Shown here piece by piece: positions 24,855 through 37,331 of a DNA stretch of 64,000 nt (position 1 is the stretch's first letter; every line of letters begins with the position of its first letter). The notes beneath the pieces were generated by a model. It did not search any database and was not told the origin of the DNA. It saw only the letters and a program-made list of their open reading frames with translations. Origin of the DNA: Octopus vulgaris. Its lineage: Eukaryota. The translations under genes and the position numbers were made by a program. The stretch covers positions 98,456,001-98,520,000 of the forward strand of contig OX597819.1 in NCBI GenBank assembly GCA_951406725.2. Direction: 5' to 3'.

Positions 24855-25271
24855 AAGCAACCCAGACTAGTGAATAGAAATGACCCAGTTTTTCTCCACG
24901 ACAATGCACGTCCTCACACTCCTTAAGCTACTGTCCAAAAGTTGCAAAGCCGGAATTATGAGATTTTGCAACATTTTTCCTATTCCCCTGATATCTCTCC
25001 TACTGATCATCACTTATTTAAGCATTTTGAGCTTAACATAAGCAATAAAACATTCTTAAATAGAGAAGAGGTAATTGAAGAATTTGGACAGTTTATCACA
25101 GCAAAAGATGAATTTTTTTTATAGCTGAAATATATGACATAGAGAAATGTTGGGTAAACGTCATAAATGAACATTGATCATACTTTGATTTAAATAAATC
25201 AGTTCTCTAACACCTCAGAAATATTTTATTGTTACCTTTCAAATATGACATTTCATGTGAAACAACCTAAT
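24855..25271 (+). mobile_element. mariner transposase 3' fragment
   Basis: LVNRNDPVFLHDNARPH and YSPDISPTDHHLF motifs; ends CAACCTAATA. Confidence 0.8.
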
Positions 25272-25449
25272 ATATATGTTTGCATGTATATATATATAAT
25301 GTGTGATAATAGTTCCACTTTTAATAGTTTCACTATGTATATATTATATATATGGTGAAAGGATTAATAGTGAAACTATCAAAACTGAAACTATTATCTC
25401 ACATTACAAGAGAGATGCTATTGTTTCACTTTTGACACATAATACCGAA

Positions 25450-25635
25450 ATAGTCTAAGCGATTGCTCGAGGCTTGCATTAGGCAAGAAGTTGAAATTTT
25501 TTTGGCCCATAACTCTCCATGGACCCTAAGTAGTGTATGTGTAAAATTTGGATGAAAGCGGTTTGGTAGTTCTCGAATTTTAGTGATGCACACATACAGA
25601 CAGACACACACATTCTCAGTTTTATATATATAGAT
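25450..25635 (-). mobile_element. Helitron-like 5' terminal fragment
   Basis: minus strand A|TCTATATATATAAAACTGAGAATGTGTGTGTCTGTCTG...; same architecture as 9299-9664 and 42035-42240. Confidence 0.55.
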
Positions 25636-25638
25636 ATA

Positions 25639-26525
25639 TAGGATGCAGTGAATAAACTGTCATCTAAATTTTTCAAAATTAAAAGTAACACTGACATCTC
25701 ATTTTAACAGATATATTTACCAAAATTACATAAAAATATCTTGAAATACTAAAGAGCAAATTTATTCAATAAAATCGCCATTTGGCTTCAACCACAGACT
25801 CCAGATGACTTCAGAATCTCCTGCAACTCTTCTAGACGATTTCCTTGTTTGATGAATACTGCCATAATCCTTGCCTTCAGTTCATATTTGGTGTTACAAG
25901 GAGTTTGGTTGGTCACTTGCTCAACTGCACCCCACACATGATAATCAAAAGGGTTTCAGTTTGGGGAGTTAGGTGGCCAGATGTTAGGAGTGATGTGGTT
26001 GCAGAAATTGTCTGACAGCCATGACTGGGTTCTCCTACTTGTGTGTCATGGTGCAGAGTCCTGTTGCCAGACATAGGGTTTTCCAGCAGCCACCCTCTTC
26101 TCCCAGAACAACACCACCCCCTCCAGGCAGTTGATGTAGGCCTCTGTGTTGAGTCTGGGGCTGTGTGGGAAAATGAATGGAGGCATAACGTCGCCATCAC
26201 TAGTGATCACTCCAGACACCATGATGTTAATTGGTTGTTTGATTTTTATCACTCTTGGTACATGTCCTCAGATTGCACTGTCCTCAAATTGACACCCAAA
26301 CACTGAAATCTTTGTAGTGGAGCTTCCAGCACGAATGCCAAACAGTACAGTATGTCGTTTCCAAATTTCTGGCTGAGTGAATTGTGTCCATAGTGCTGTT
26401 TTTCTCACATACAGTGCCCAACTGACTCTACCATACTGTGTAGTCGACAAAATCAAAAACAAACAATGCGCATGCATGAAATTAAAATTATAAAATGGCA
26501 ACAATTATACCCATTGCACCCTGTA
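25639..26525 (-). mobile_element. Tc1/mariner (maT-like) element, internally deleted
   Basis: degenerate TIRs of the CAGGGTGCA...AATTGT type; peptides MVSGVITSDG...YVWQQDSAP and WPPNSPN*NPFDY. Confidence 0.82.
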
Positions 26526-27780
26526 TATATGTGTGTGATGGCCTTCTTTCAGTTTCTGCCTACCAAATACATTCACAAGGCTTTTGTTGGCCCTGGTGTC
26601 ATAGTAGAAGATACTTGCTCAAGGTGCTCTGCAGTGGGACTGAACCTAAGACCACATGGTTGGGAAGCAAGCTTTTAAACCACACACCTGCACCTCACAG
26701 ACATTTATACACTGATACATCTTACATACACTCACAGATATATTCATACATTTGCATGGCAGGACATTAAGCTGTCATCCTATCAAACCTGCTCTCTACT
26801 CATCGTTGCTTCTAACACTCTATCAATTGACTCTATGTAACAAGTTCATTCTTGTGAAACAGAAAACTATGTCTTTTTTGGGTCACCTGTATTGTAATAG
26901 CTCCTGTTGTAACACCTAACTGCTTGTCAGTTCGTATTCAACTGTTTTGTGTGTCTGTGTGCATGTTAGTGCAACTGATGAAAGAGTAAGAAAATGCCAA
27001 TATTCTGTGACACAAGCCATGTCGGTATGGAAAAGTGGATATAAAATGGTCATAATGGTGATGAGGCTATTATGAACAGAATCATAACAAAATATCCCTC
27101 ACATTAGTTATGTAAATAGACTTGTGCCCCACCTAGTGATTAGTCACAAGTACTTGTATGCCATTCCTAGATGGGGTGGTGCATTGTGCTGTCAAGCAAG
27201 GCACCTTGTTTCATAGCACTCCCCAGTCTACGCAATTGAAATTAATCTCCACCAAGTATTGTTGCACCCACTTTTCCAGGTATTCTGCTTGGTCAAAATT
27301 GTGCAGACAGCTAAGTGGATGTCTGTCTATTCACTGCAACATAGGTGGGACCTAAATCAATTAACACAAAAACATGATATATGTTACCAACTCACACTCA
27401 GTCTTGATTGATGGCCACAATAAATTTACCTACATGTGTACCTTCCTATCTACATATCTATGTATCTGTCTGTCTACCTATCTATATATTTATCTTATTA
27501 GCTTTCTATATGTCTATCTGCATATCTATTTATTTATCTCTGTTTGTATGTATGTCTTAGTAAGACACTTACCTACCTACTGCCAATCTAATTATTATTG
27601 CAATTTCTACTATCACTTCTACTACTATTCCCAGCAGTAGTATTGGTAGTAGTAGAAGTAATATTAATTGTAGTAAAATTAATTACAGTAATATTAATTG
27701 CAGTAATATTCATTATAGTGGTATTAATGACAATAAATATTAACTATACTAGCCAACACTAATTTAGTGCCATATTTCAG

Positions 27781-27889
27781 ATGGGACCAATCTGTAACCT
27801 CAGTTCCACTCAACCATTCTTGCAAGTCTCAGATTTTATTGATTCCTTCAAAAGGATGAGTACAGACAGCAAATCCTCCATATTACATG
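27781..27889 (+). CDS. ORC4: ORC4 exon (MGPICNLSSTQPFLQVSDFIDSFKRMSTDSKSSILHG)
   Basis: tttcag / gtaaga, 109 bp; matches ORC4 ...HPFMTAVDL...SMDSKANIVHG. Confidence 0.9.
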
Positions 27890-28577
27890 GTAAGACACAC
27901 CTTCGCTCTCTCTTTCTCTCTCTCTCTCTCTCCTTTTTATTGTTGTTCTATGTGTGGTTGAACTCAACATAACGGTAGATGAAATACCGCTAAGCATTTC
28001 GCCCGGCGTGCTAACGTTTCTGCCAGCTTGCTGCCTTCTGTAATGACACTTCTGTAGTGTCATTGGGGTTGATAGCTACATCAATTGTTGCTTAGCCCCA
28101 GCTTGGCTCTCTTTTGTCAGAAGTTTTCCAACCATAACCATCATGTCTTATCTTTATATATCATTCATCTAATACTACAGTAATCTAACATTATCTTAAC
28201 TATCATCTTTTTTAGTTGGTGGAGTGGTGCCTCCACCACTTTCAACATTGCCACTGCCATTGTCAGTACTTTCGCCTCTACCTCTCATTACCAGTCTGTA
28301 TCACCACCACTACCCCTTCCAATGTCTCTAGCACCTCTGCCATTGTAACCACTACCATTATCATCTTTACTATTAGGGTGGTGAGCTGACAAAATTTTTA
28401 GCAGCATTTCAAGTTCATGATCCAAGGTTGACTTTGCTCTTCATCTTCTTTGGGTTGATAAAATAAATACCAGTTAAGTACTGGGGTTGATGAAATCAAC
28501 TAACACCCTTCTCTAACATTTCAGGTCAGGTGCCTTATAGTAAAAAGGATTTATTATCATTACTATTATTTTGATCA

Positions 28578-28877
28578 TAAAAAACACCATCCGAGCATGA
28601 CCGTCTGCCAGCCTCGTCTGGCACCTGTGTCGGTGGCACATAAAAAACACCATCCGAGCGTGGCCGTCTGCCAGCCTTGTCTGGCACCTGTGTCGGTGGC
28701 ACATAAAATCACCCACTACACTCTCGAAGTGGTTGGCGTTAGGAAGGGCATCCAGCTGTAGAAACACTGCCAGATCTGACTGGCCTGGTGCAGCCTTCGG
28801 GCTTGCCAGACCCCAGTTGAACCGTCCAACCCATGCTAGCATGGAAAGCGGACGTTAAACGATGATGATGATGATGA
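28578..28877 (+). mobile_element. RTE 3' UTR fragment
   Basis: two about 62-bp units plus conserved tail and (GAT)n. Confidence 0.8.
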
Positions 28878-28953
28878 TTTTGATCGGTAAAAACTCAGCG
28901 TGAGATATTTGATAAGTATATGATCTAAGAATGTTTTACTCTTTCTAATGTAG

Positions 28954-29049
28954 GTTTGTCTATCCTTGAACTTTCTCTTGTGATTGCTATGAAACACCTG
29001 ACAGAACTTTATGACGGTGAACCTTTCAACTTTGAAATTGTCTATAATG
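28954..29049 (+). CDS. ORC4: ORC4 exon ([32 protein letters not shown])
   Basis: atgtag / gtaagt, 96 bp; GLSxLE...EPFNF motif at the start of the winged-helix domain. Confidence 0.96.
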
Positions 29050-29341
29050 GTAAGTTTGTGTTTCTGTTTCTATGAATCTTTCTGTTCTACACCTGAATTG
29101 TAGATTGGTGACAAGAAGGGCATTTGGACATAGAAATTCTCGTTGCTGCCGACAATAGTGATAATTAATCAAGAGTTCTTTTGGATGTTTAGAGTGTTCA
29201 TAAGCGTGTGTAGCAGCACTGTTCCATAGATGTGAGCAGTTATTTAATATTGGTTCTATTTTACATTTATAGATAGTGAGAGCTGAATTATTTCTTCACT
29301 GTAGTGATATTATTAGAAATATTTAAGTATAATAAAAAACT

Positions 29342-29524
29342 ATAATAATAACATTGAAAACTACCTTAGGAATTAGAACCCAGGTTCGAAATTTCCCCAA
29401 GACACCTGATGAAGGCTGGAGGGTATATCAGCCGAGATGTTGTGTTAACAACAAACAAGATGAGAACAAACATCCGTCAAATGTAAATAATGTACATAAT
29501 TCTTCATCTCTTAAATATAGAACT
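29342..29524 (+). mobile_element. 183-bp hammerhead-bearing mini-retroelement with 15-bp TSD
   Basis: GTATAATAAAAAACT at 29327-29341 and 29525-29539; internal GACAC-CTGATGA-A-GGCTG(10)CAGCC-GAGAT-GTT-GTGTT (GAAAC decayed to GAGAT). Confidence 0.7.
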
Positions 29525-29632
29525 GTATAATAAAAAACTTGTTATATATGTTTCTTACTACATCTAATTTTCCTTCCCTCTTTCTATCCTGTTTCTGAGC
29601 AAGTCCATCAAGCAATGAGCAGCTCAATCAGT

Positions 29633-29900
29633 GGACTTGTATGGCTCAGTGGTGAGAACATCAGGCTCGCAATCATGAGGTAGTGGGTTCAGTTCCTGGA
29701 CAGAGCTGTGTGTTGTGTTCTTGAGCAAGACACTTTATTTCATGTTGCTGCAGTGCACTCAATTGTAGAAATGAGTTGCGATATCACTGGTGCTAAGCTG
29801 TATCGGCCTTTCCCTTGGATAACATCAGTGGCTTGGAGAGAGGTAGCTGGTATGGAGGGTAACTTTTTAGGTGCAAGCCCATGGTCATTCATGTCTTTTA
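29633..29900 (+). mobile_element. SINE family D
   Basis: homologous to 3533-3877. Confidence 0.75.
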
Positions 29901-29960
29901 CATTCCTACACCCCTACCTACCTACCCACCCACCTACCTAATCCCACTTGCCTATATATA

Positions 29961-30120
29961 GGTGCAGGCATGACTGTGTGGTAAGAAGCTTGCTTCCCAA
30001 CCACATGGTTTCGGGGTTCAGTCCCACTGTGTGTTACTTCAGGCAAGTGCCTTCTACTATAGGCTTGGGCTGACTGAAATCATGTGAGTGGATTTGATAG
30101 ACAGAAACTGAAAGAAGCCC

Positions 30121-30167
<47 letters not shown>

Positions 30168-30378
30168 ATGTGTCTCTGTATTTGTCCCCCCATCACTTCT
30201 TGACAACTCGTGCTGGTGTGCTTACATTTCCCTTAACTTAGCGGTTTGGCATAAGAGACTGATAGAATAAGTATTAGGTGTAAAAAATAAGTCTTGGGGT
30301 TGATTTGTTTGACTAAAATCCTTCAAGGCAGTGCTCCAGCATGGCTGCAGTCAAATGGCTGAAACGAATAAAAGAATA
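29961..30378 (+). mobile_element. SINE family A
   Basis: homology to family A. Confidence 0.85.
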
Positions 30379-30479
30379 TAAATATATGTATATATGTGTG
30401 TGTGTATGTATTTCTCACCATAAATCTGTATATTTCATGTTGTAAATTTTTATATCTTTTGTCTTTATTTTTCATAAAG

Positions 30480-30544
30480 AATATTTGAGGTTTTCCCAAC
30501 AAAAATCTTCTCTGCAGATCTTTGAAAAATCTGTTGTCTTGAAA
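30480..30544 (+). CDS. ORC4: ORC4 exon (EYLRFSQQKSSLQIFEKSVVLK)
   Basis: polypyrimidine tract plus aaag acceptor, gtgagt donor, 65 bp, phase 1 to 0; matches ORC4 EFQKF...FEKPVVMK. Confidence 0.92.
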
Positions 30545-31430
30545 GTGAGTATGCTGTATTGGTACTTATATTTTATCTTATTTGTTTACTGGTCAGTTGA
30601 AATTGTTGAACCATTCACTTCTGGTGTCTGTATATTCTTTCTTGAAAGAAAACTATTAAAGAAAGGTCTGGATGCAAATTAAGAGGTTATTGCCAGAAAA
30701 ATGGTACAGGTAAATCCAAACACCAAAAGTCTATTCTTCAGTGAGACAATTGTATTGATAATAATTATAATTCCTTATATTAATACAAGGCTTGAAATTT
30801 TGGTTGCAGGTGCTGGTGCCACTTAAAAGTGCCCAGTATATTCTGCAAAGTGGTTAGCGCTAGGAAGGGCATCTAGCTGTTGAAATCATGCTAATGCAGA
30901 AAATAGAGCTTGGTGCAATTCGCTGGCTTGCCAGCTCCTGTGAAACCATCCAACCTATGCCAGCATGGCAAACTGTGGGATGAAAGGTGAAGTTGTATTT
31001 AGTGGGATTTGAACTCAGAATGTAAAGAGCTGGAGTCTAATGATTTTGCCAACTCAATAATTGTTGTAATACAACTTCTGTTTGTTAAGATGAGGTCATT
31101 ATTGAAGTAGATGTTCTTGTGGTGGATGTTCTGTTTTTTATATTATTGATCTTGTTTGGGATGGGTCAGTGTTGTTTTCAAAATGATTTGGAAAGGCATG
31201 GTATAAATGACTTTGTCAGTCACCTTGCTGCATCTGTTATATATGCTAACAACTTCATTTTGAATGTTCTGTTTGATATTGTTGGGGAGGGCTAAACCTT
31301 CATGCAGGAAAATTTGAATAAAGCAATTCTCAAAATACCTTATCTTCTGACTAACCTTACCTTAAAGTTCAGCTCTGTTTTGGCTGGAAAAATTCTTTCC
31401 TGACATACTTCTGTTGTTTTTTATTACCAG

Positions 31431-31613
31431 GCATTTGAACATTTGCAAAATGTGGAGTTGATCAAACCATTGGATGGCAGCTGCACTCGTGTACAGAAGG
31501 AGTACCGACCCATGACACTTCTTGTACATCCCATGCAACTGAAAGAAGTCTTACAGAAATTTCCATCATGTCCCATTGAAGTAAAACATTGGGCTACCAC
31601 CTCTGTTATTTAG
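31431..31613 (+). CDS. ORC4: ORC4 terminal exon (AFEHLQNVELIKP...CPIEVKHWATTSVI*)
   Basis: taccag acceptor, TAG stop at 31611-31613; matches ORC4 AFEHLQQLELIKP...CPTDVRQWATSS. Confidence 0.96.
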   Translation, partial: AFEHLQNVELIKPLDGSCTRVQKEYRPMTLLVHPMQLKEVLQKFPSCPIEVKHWATTSVI

Positions 31614-31850
31614 CCACTTATACTGGTTCGAGCCTGATGGTTGTGGCCATACAGGAGTACCACCATAAACAGACTATAAGAGACAAAACGCAGGTTGCCA
31701 CATTAGTCAGCCTGCTGTGAACCCATTTTCTATGTTGCTGAGAAAACTCACCAAACATCAGATGTTTGAAGAAGACACCTCTGTTATTTCTGTTGTTCAT
31801 TTTACAGATTATCTCACTGTTTCCATGAAAAATTCAACTCACTCAAAGAC

Positions 31851-31901
31851 AATAAAGAAAACAATTATTATTTTAATAATTTCTTGTTAAATAACAATAA
31901 A
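31851..31901 (+). promoter_or_regulatory. candidate ORC4 polyadenylation signals (AATAAA at 31851 and about 31896)
   Basis: two AATAAA hexamers 240-290 nt after the stop, followed by T/GT-rich sequence; the AT-rich background lowers specificity. Confidence 0.5.
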
Positions 31902-32069
31902 AATATTTGTATTTATTTAATTAATGTGTTCTGTTCACAAAGTAAAATAAGGGTAAAGACCCCTTCAGTCATGAATGCCTCTGAGGTACAAGCCCAAGCA
32001 AGGTTGTTTACGGAAGACCAGCAGTTGCCCATGCATACTAGCCTCTCCTCTCCACACCACCAATGTTAT

Positions 32070-34830
32070 CTTAATTTACAAGCCAAGAAAATTATGGAGA
32101 AATATAGGTTAGAGGAAAAAAAAATCCAACCATTCCAGCCTAGAATTAATTTCAAAGACCACAAGCTGAACTTCAGTACTAACCCTTCTATAAGACTTAT
32201 ATGCCCCTCGAAATCTGACTTGGGTAGGATAAGCAAACACATTATTGATAAATACATGAAAAATCTACACTTAAGAACATTACAAAAGCTAGATCTTTGG
32301 TCAAGTTCATATGAAGTAATTGACTGGTTTAACAAAATCACATCGAAGAAATAAACAAAATTCATACAACTAGATATATCCAACTACTATGCCTCCATTA
32401 TCCCAATCCTCAACAAAGCACTTATATTCGCAATGAAAAACTCTGAGCTAACTAGGGAAGAAGTTGATATAGTATTAGCTGCTAGAAAAATCAATTATTA
32501 AATTTGAGGGAAAATACTGGTTAAGAAAAGATAGGCCGGATTATGTTAGACATAACAATGGAATCGACTGACTCCACCCAGGTAACTGATGTAGTCGGAA
32601 TTTATATCTTATTCTGCCTAAACAAAGAATTTCCAAAAATAGGAGGTCTATACAGGGAAGACGCACTATCCACATTGCTTAACCCAGCGTAGAGATAGAA
32701 AAATATAGGAAAATTTCTTCAAAAACAGAGGTTTCCATTTTAATAGAGGAGGAGCACAACATAGTCCACTTCTTAGATGTTACACTAGACCGAAGTCCTG
32801 GAATATATAGATCATACCATAAACCCAATGAAAACCTTAAGCACTTTCACAAAAATAGTAATCACCCCAGGTGCATAACCCAATCCATAGTCGCAAACAT
32901 TTCAACCCGCACATCGAATCTATCAACCAACGAAGTAATCAAATTAAACGAGGATTACTATAACATAGCGCTAGAGAAGGCTGGATATAAAGAGAGATTA
33001 CTATATAACCCAAAATATAGCCATAAAACCCCCGCTATACCCCCATATGAAGGTAAAGAAACCAGTAAAGACAAAGACGCATGAGAACACAAGGCATAAC
33101 CAAACAGTGAACAGCTCTGGAGAGAAGAGAAAGGCTTCGAACGAGAATGAAATCCATACAGAAGTAAACAGCCAAAACAACAGCAGAAGCCCCTTAATAT
33201 GCCGTACATTAGAAATTAAGAAGACCATCATGCACACACACACACACACACACACAGAACACAACTGAGAGATGCAATAGTAAGCGACTCGCACACCAGA
33301 GCAGACACCACGGAAACAAGTCACGCTAGCACTAAAAATCGCACAATACCTATAAACACCAAAACTAATAATAATTCTAGGACCACATTGTAGTATACTG
33401 CTCTGTTCGTGAAACAGATAATTTCCAGCATCCCTAGACTGTTCTATACAGCGATAGAAAACCATAAAATATTTAATACACACAATGTACGCCACGCCTT
33501 CTCCACTAGCCGCAACCTGGCACAAATAATTGTGGCACATAATGCAAGTAGACTATATCACTTTCAAGGGCGATTAATTACAATACACTACACAAAGATA
33601 GGGAACGTATCAACGGAGATTCTAGTAATCCGAATCTGGATCATAAAGAAAAAATAACTAACAGAAGTGACCAAGGCACTGAGACCATAATAGTATGCAA
33701 TGGAGGAAGGGGGAATGGTAACAGAAGAACCAACAGTCAAAAGGAACCCTAACAAATTCTTTTACAGATATAGAATTAGAAGGACGAACCGCGAGAAATA
33801 ACAGCAATAAAACTTATATGCATAAAGAATTCTGAGATAATACTGAACCGAGGGAAGAGAGAATAGGAGAGACTTCTAGTAGAGTCAATAACACAGTAGA
33901 TAATAGAAATAGGGAAACAGGTCTATGCAACTGTGCTAGAGATAAAATATGCCCGTTGGACTCAAGATGTCTAATTAAGAACCTGGTCTATAGATGCAAA
34001 ATTACTTTTACATAGGGGCCAGCTCTCTTTTTTTCAAAAGGAGACAAGCCAATCATTTAAATTCTTTTAAAGGTAGGAAAAAATAATACAAGCCTAAGCA
34101 AACTAATTCGGTCAATTAGAGACAAAAACAATAGCTATTCTATTGAATAGGAATTAATTAGTACAGTTAAGCCTTATCGATTAGGGGGAAATAGATGCGA
34201 CTTATACCAAATATTTACATCAAAACACACATTAATTAATACAAAACACGAACAAGCCCCAAGATGTTTACACAAACACGGTAGGACATTCAAAAGATAT
34301 AATGATAATTCTAGATAGCCAACGTCCCAACAACAATTGAGCTTGATACAACATGGAATAACATAACCTAAACATATAAAAATATTCAATAAAAAAAACT
34401 AAACAAAAACAAATGCTACCTTATGTGTAGCGCAAATTGTGAGCAGCTCAACTTCCAAACATGAATATATAAACAAATATGAATTCTTCACCACAAGCAC
34501 TACACTTGAAATCAAAAATAAAGCACACACAACCATTAAAATGAACAAAAAAACCTTACAAAAACAATAATCTCAACCTTGTCCTATTTTATACCCAGCC
34601 CTAACTTCGGACAGCGACTGGTGTGAATTTGAGGTCACCAACACATACCGATAGATAACACCTCACCTCCCCCAGAACACCAACTAACAAAAATTTACTT
34701 CAATCAGTTCATTCCGAGGATGACCAAATGGATGGATTTTGGTGAAGCTGCACCGACAACAATGCACGGTTTCGTTTACAACCGTGAGTAGTCGCTGCAA
34801 CGAAACATGTGTAGGTCATCATAATATGCT
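32070..34830 (+). mobile_element. Penelope-like retroelement (Neptune-type), decayed RT plus GIY-YIG endonuclease
   Basis: FKDHKLNFSTNPSIRLICPSKSDLGRISK, FIQLDISNYY, GGLYRED, FLDVTLD...YHKPN...SNHP, then CNCARDKICPLDSRCLIKNLVYRC...NHLNSF; many stops and frameshifts. Confidence 0.88.
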
Positions 34831-35139
34831 ATATATTCTTTTATTCTTTTATTTGCTTCAGTCATTTTACTTTCAGGATTTTAGTTGAAGTAATCAACCC
34901 CTAAACTTATTCTTTGTAAGCCTAGTACGTATTCTATCGTTCCCTTTTACCGAACCGTTAAGTTACGAGGACGTAAACACACCCACATCGGATATCAAGT
35001 ATAGTGGGGGTGGGTGGGGGACAAACACAGATACGAAGACACATACACATAAATACATACATATTATTTTATTATTCTATTATATGCTTCAGCCCTAAGG
35101 CTTGTAGCCATGCTCGGGCCCTGCTAGTGTAATCACTTT

Positions 35140-35330
35140 TTAATTGGCCAATTCTATGTGATTGGCATTTGGCAAAGGAGGGAGTTCGACACTGCTGCCT
35201 TGATATTGGTTCATCTGGGATCTTCGATAGCAAAAAGTCAAGTTGTTTCTTGAAAACATCTACCCCCACTCCATGGAGATCCCTAAGATGTTTTGGCAAG
35301 GCGTCAAATAGCTGTATCAAAAGATTCAGT
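35140..35330 (-). mobile_element. CR1/L2-type LINE 3' fragment
   Basis: QLFDALPKHLRDLHGVGVDVFKKQLDFLLSKIPDEP. Confidence 0.7.
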
Positions 35331-35670
35331 AATTTTTCGGCTGCCAAATAAATGTTATTTTCATCAATATATTTTCTACGTTATCTCGACAACCAGCTTT
35401 AGTTATTTGAAAGCCACTGCTCTACAGCAACCAGGTTTCATTAGAAAGTGAAAATAGTTTCACACTTTCAATTTGAAACAAAATTACAAAACGTTACATT
35501 ATAAGGACCATATATGACTGGATAATTTGGTCGTTTTCCTTTTATCCCAGTGCCTGAAGCTCAAGGTGTGATTGTTGAACCTGGTCTTGAAATTACCCTC
35601 TGTAAGGCCCACGTATTTCGTCGTCGAAACCGTGTCCTTAGTGGATATAGAGTCCACGGTGCCTTCATAA

Positions 35671-35749
35671 ATGTATGTATGTATGTATGTATGTATGTAT
35701 GTATGTATGTATGTATGTATGTATGTATGTATGTATGTATGTGTATGTA

Positions 35750-35782
<33 letters not shown>

Positions 35783-35817
35783 ATGTATGTATGTATGTAT
35801 GTATGTCTCTATCTATC

Positions 35818-35879
<62 letters not shown>
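35671..35879. repeat. compound (ATGT)n/(GT)n/(ATCT)n/(TA)n microsatellite
   Basis: direct reading. Confidence 0.95.
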
Positions 35880-35881
<2 letters not shown>

Positions 35882-36293
35882 CGCAGGACTGGCTGTGTGG
35901 TAAAAAGCTTACTTCCCAACCACATGGCTCCGGATTCAGTTCCACTGCGTGACACCTTGAGCAAGTGTCTTCTACTATAGCTGCAAGCCGACCAAAAGCT
36001 TTGTAAGTGGATTTGGTAGACGGAAGCTGAAAGACGCCCGTCGTATATATATGTGCATACATCTATGTGTGTGTGCATGTGTGTCTGTCTGCATCTGTCC
36101 ACCCTCATCACCACTTGACAACTGGTGTTTGTGTATTTACGTCATTGTAACTTGGCGGTACGGCAATAGAGAGCGAGAGAATAAGTAGCAGGCTTAAACA
36201 ATAAGTACTGGGTTTGGTTCATTCTACAAAAAACTCAAAGCGGTGCCCCAGCATGGCCGTAGTCTTACAATGAAATAGGTAAAAGATAAAAGA
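35879..36293 (+). mobile_element. SINE family A
   Basis: homology to family A. Confidence 0.85.
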
Positions 36294-36323
36294 TATATAT
36301 GTATGTATAATATAAATAATATT

Positions 36324-36382
<59 letters not shown>

Positions 36383-36469
36383 AGAGTTTACGAAAAAAAC
36401 AAAAGACGAAGACAGGTGGTGTACAAAACAAACAGATTTATTAGTATAACGCTCAGGAATAGAAAAAGT

Positions 36470-36505
36470 CTTTTACGTTTCGAGCCTACGCTCTTCTACA
36501 GAAAG
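36470..36505 (-). ncRNA. hammerhead-like motif with non-canonical core (CUGUAGA) in a short repeat at about 36380-36555
   Basis: minus strand CUUU-CUGUAGA-A-GAGC-GUAG-GCUC-GAAAC-GUA-AAAG. Confidence 0.4.
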
Positions 36506-36947
36506 GGACACAGAAAAAACAAGGAGAGAAAAAATTGTGTGTAGTGGCTAACGATGGGGTAACATGAGAGGAGGTGTTTACTCAAGTACACAATACACAG
36601 CCTGTCCGAAAATCGAAACCACAACATTGCAACCCCCATAACCACTTGGCTATTCACTTTCACACTTGTAATATGATAATGTGTAAAGGCCGATGACCGT
36701 TTTCTGTGTTTTTATGAAATTTGAGAATTATAAAAATCGATACAATTTAAACGCTATGAATTCGTCTTTGTTTACTAAGTATTTTCATATTACTGAACGT
36801 AGCTCAATGTTGTTGCATCATCTTTTTCTGTATATATGCCCTATATATACGAGATATAGTATTTTTTCTACTTAGTTTCTTATAAGATTTGAGTGTGAAT
36901 CAATTCAGACAAGTTTTATGTGATCTCTATCAAATGTAACATCCTAT

Positions 36948-37000
<53 letters not shown>

Positions 37001-37112
37001 TAATCCAAACAAGAAAACACAGAAAAAAAGAGAAAAAAAGGGAAAAAACACAGCAATGCAGGACGTGGAACAATTAAAGTATTATTGACGCTCAGGAAAG
37101 AAGGGAAGGAGG

Positions 37113-37147
37113 GTTTAACGTTTCGAGCGGAGCTCTTCGTCGGAAAC
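37113..37147 (-). ncRNA. minimal hammerhead-like motif (CCGACGA core variant) in a short repeat at about 36996-37190
   Basis: minus strand GUUU-CCGACGA-A-GAGC-UCC-GCUC-GAAAC-GUU-AAAC; palindromic stem III. Confidence 0.55.
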
Positions 37148-37331
37148 AAAGAGAAGGAAAGATCCCAAGGAGGGAAGACAGAGGAGAAATTATTTGAGCT
37201 GGTGGTGCTTATAAAAAATTATATCTATTACAGGAATACTGCCAAGATATTTTTGGCAGGTGGGCCGTATTGGATATCTTTTGTTGACTAATGGGCTAAT
37301 GCAGATTTAAAAAAATGAAACCATCTACCCT

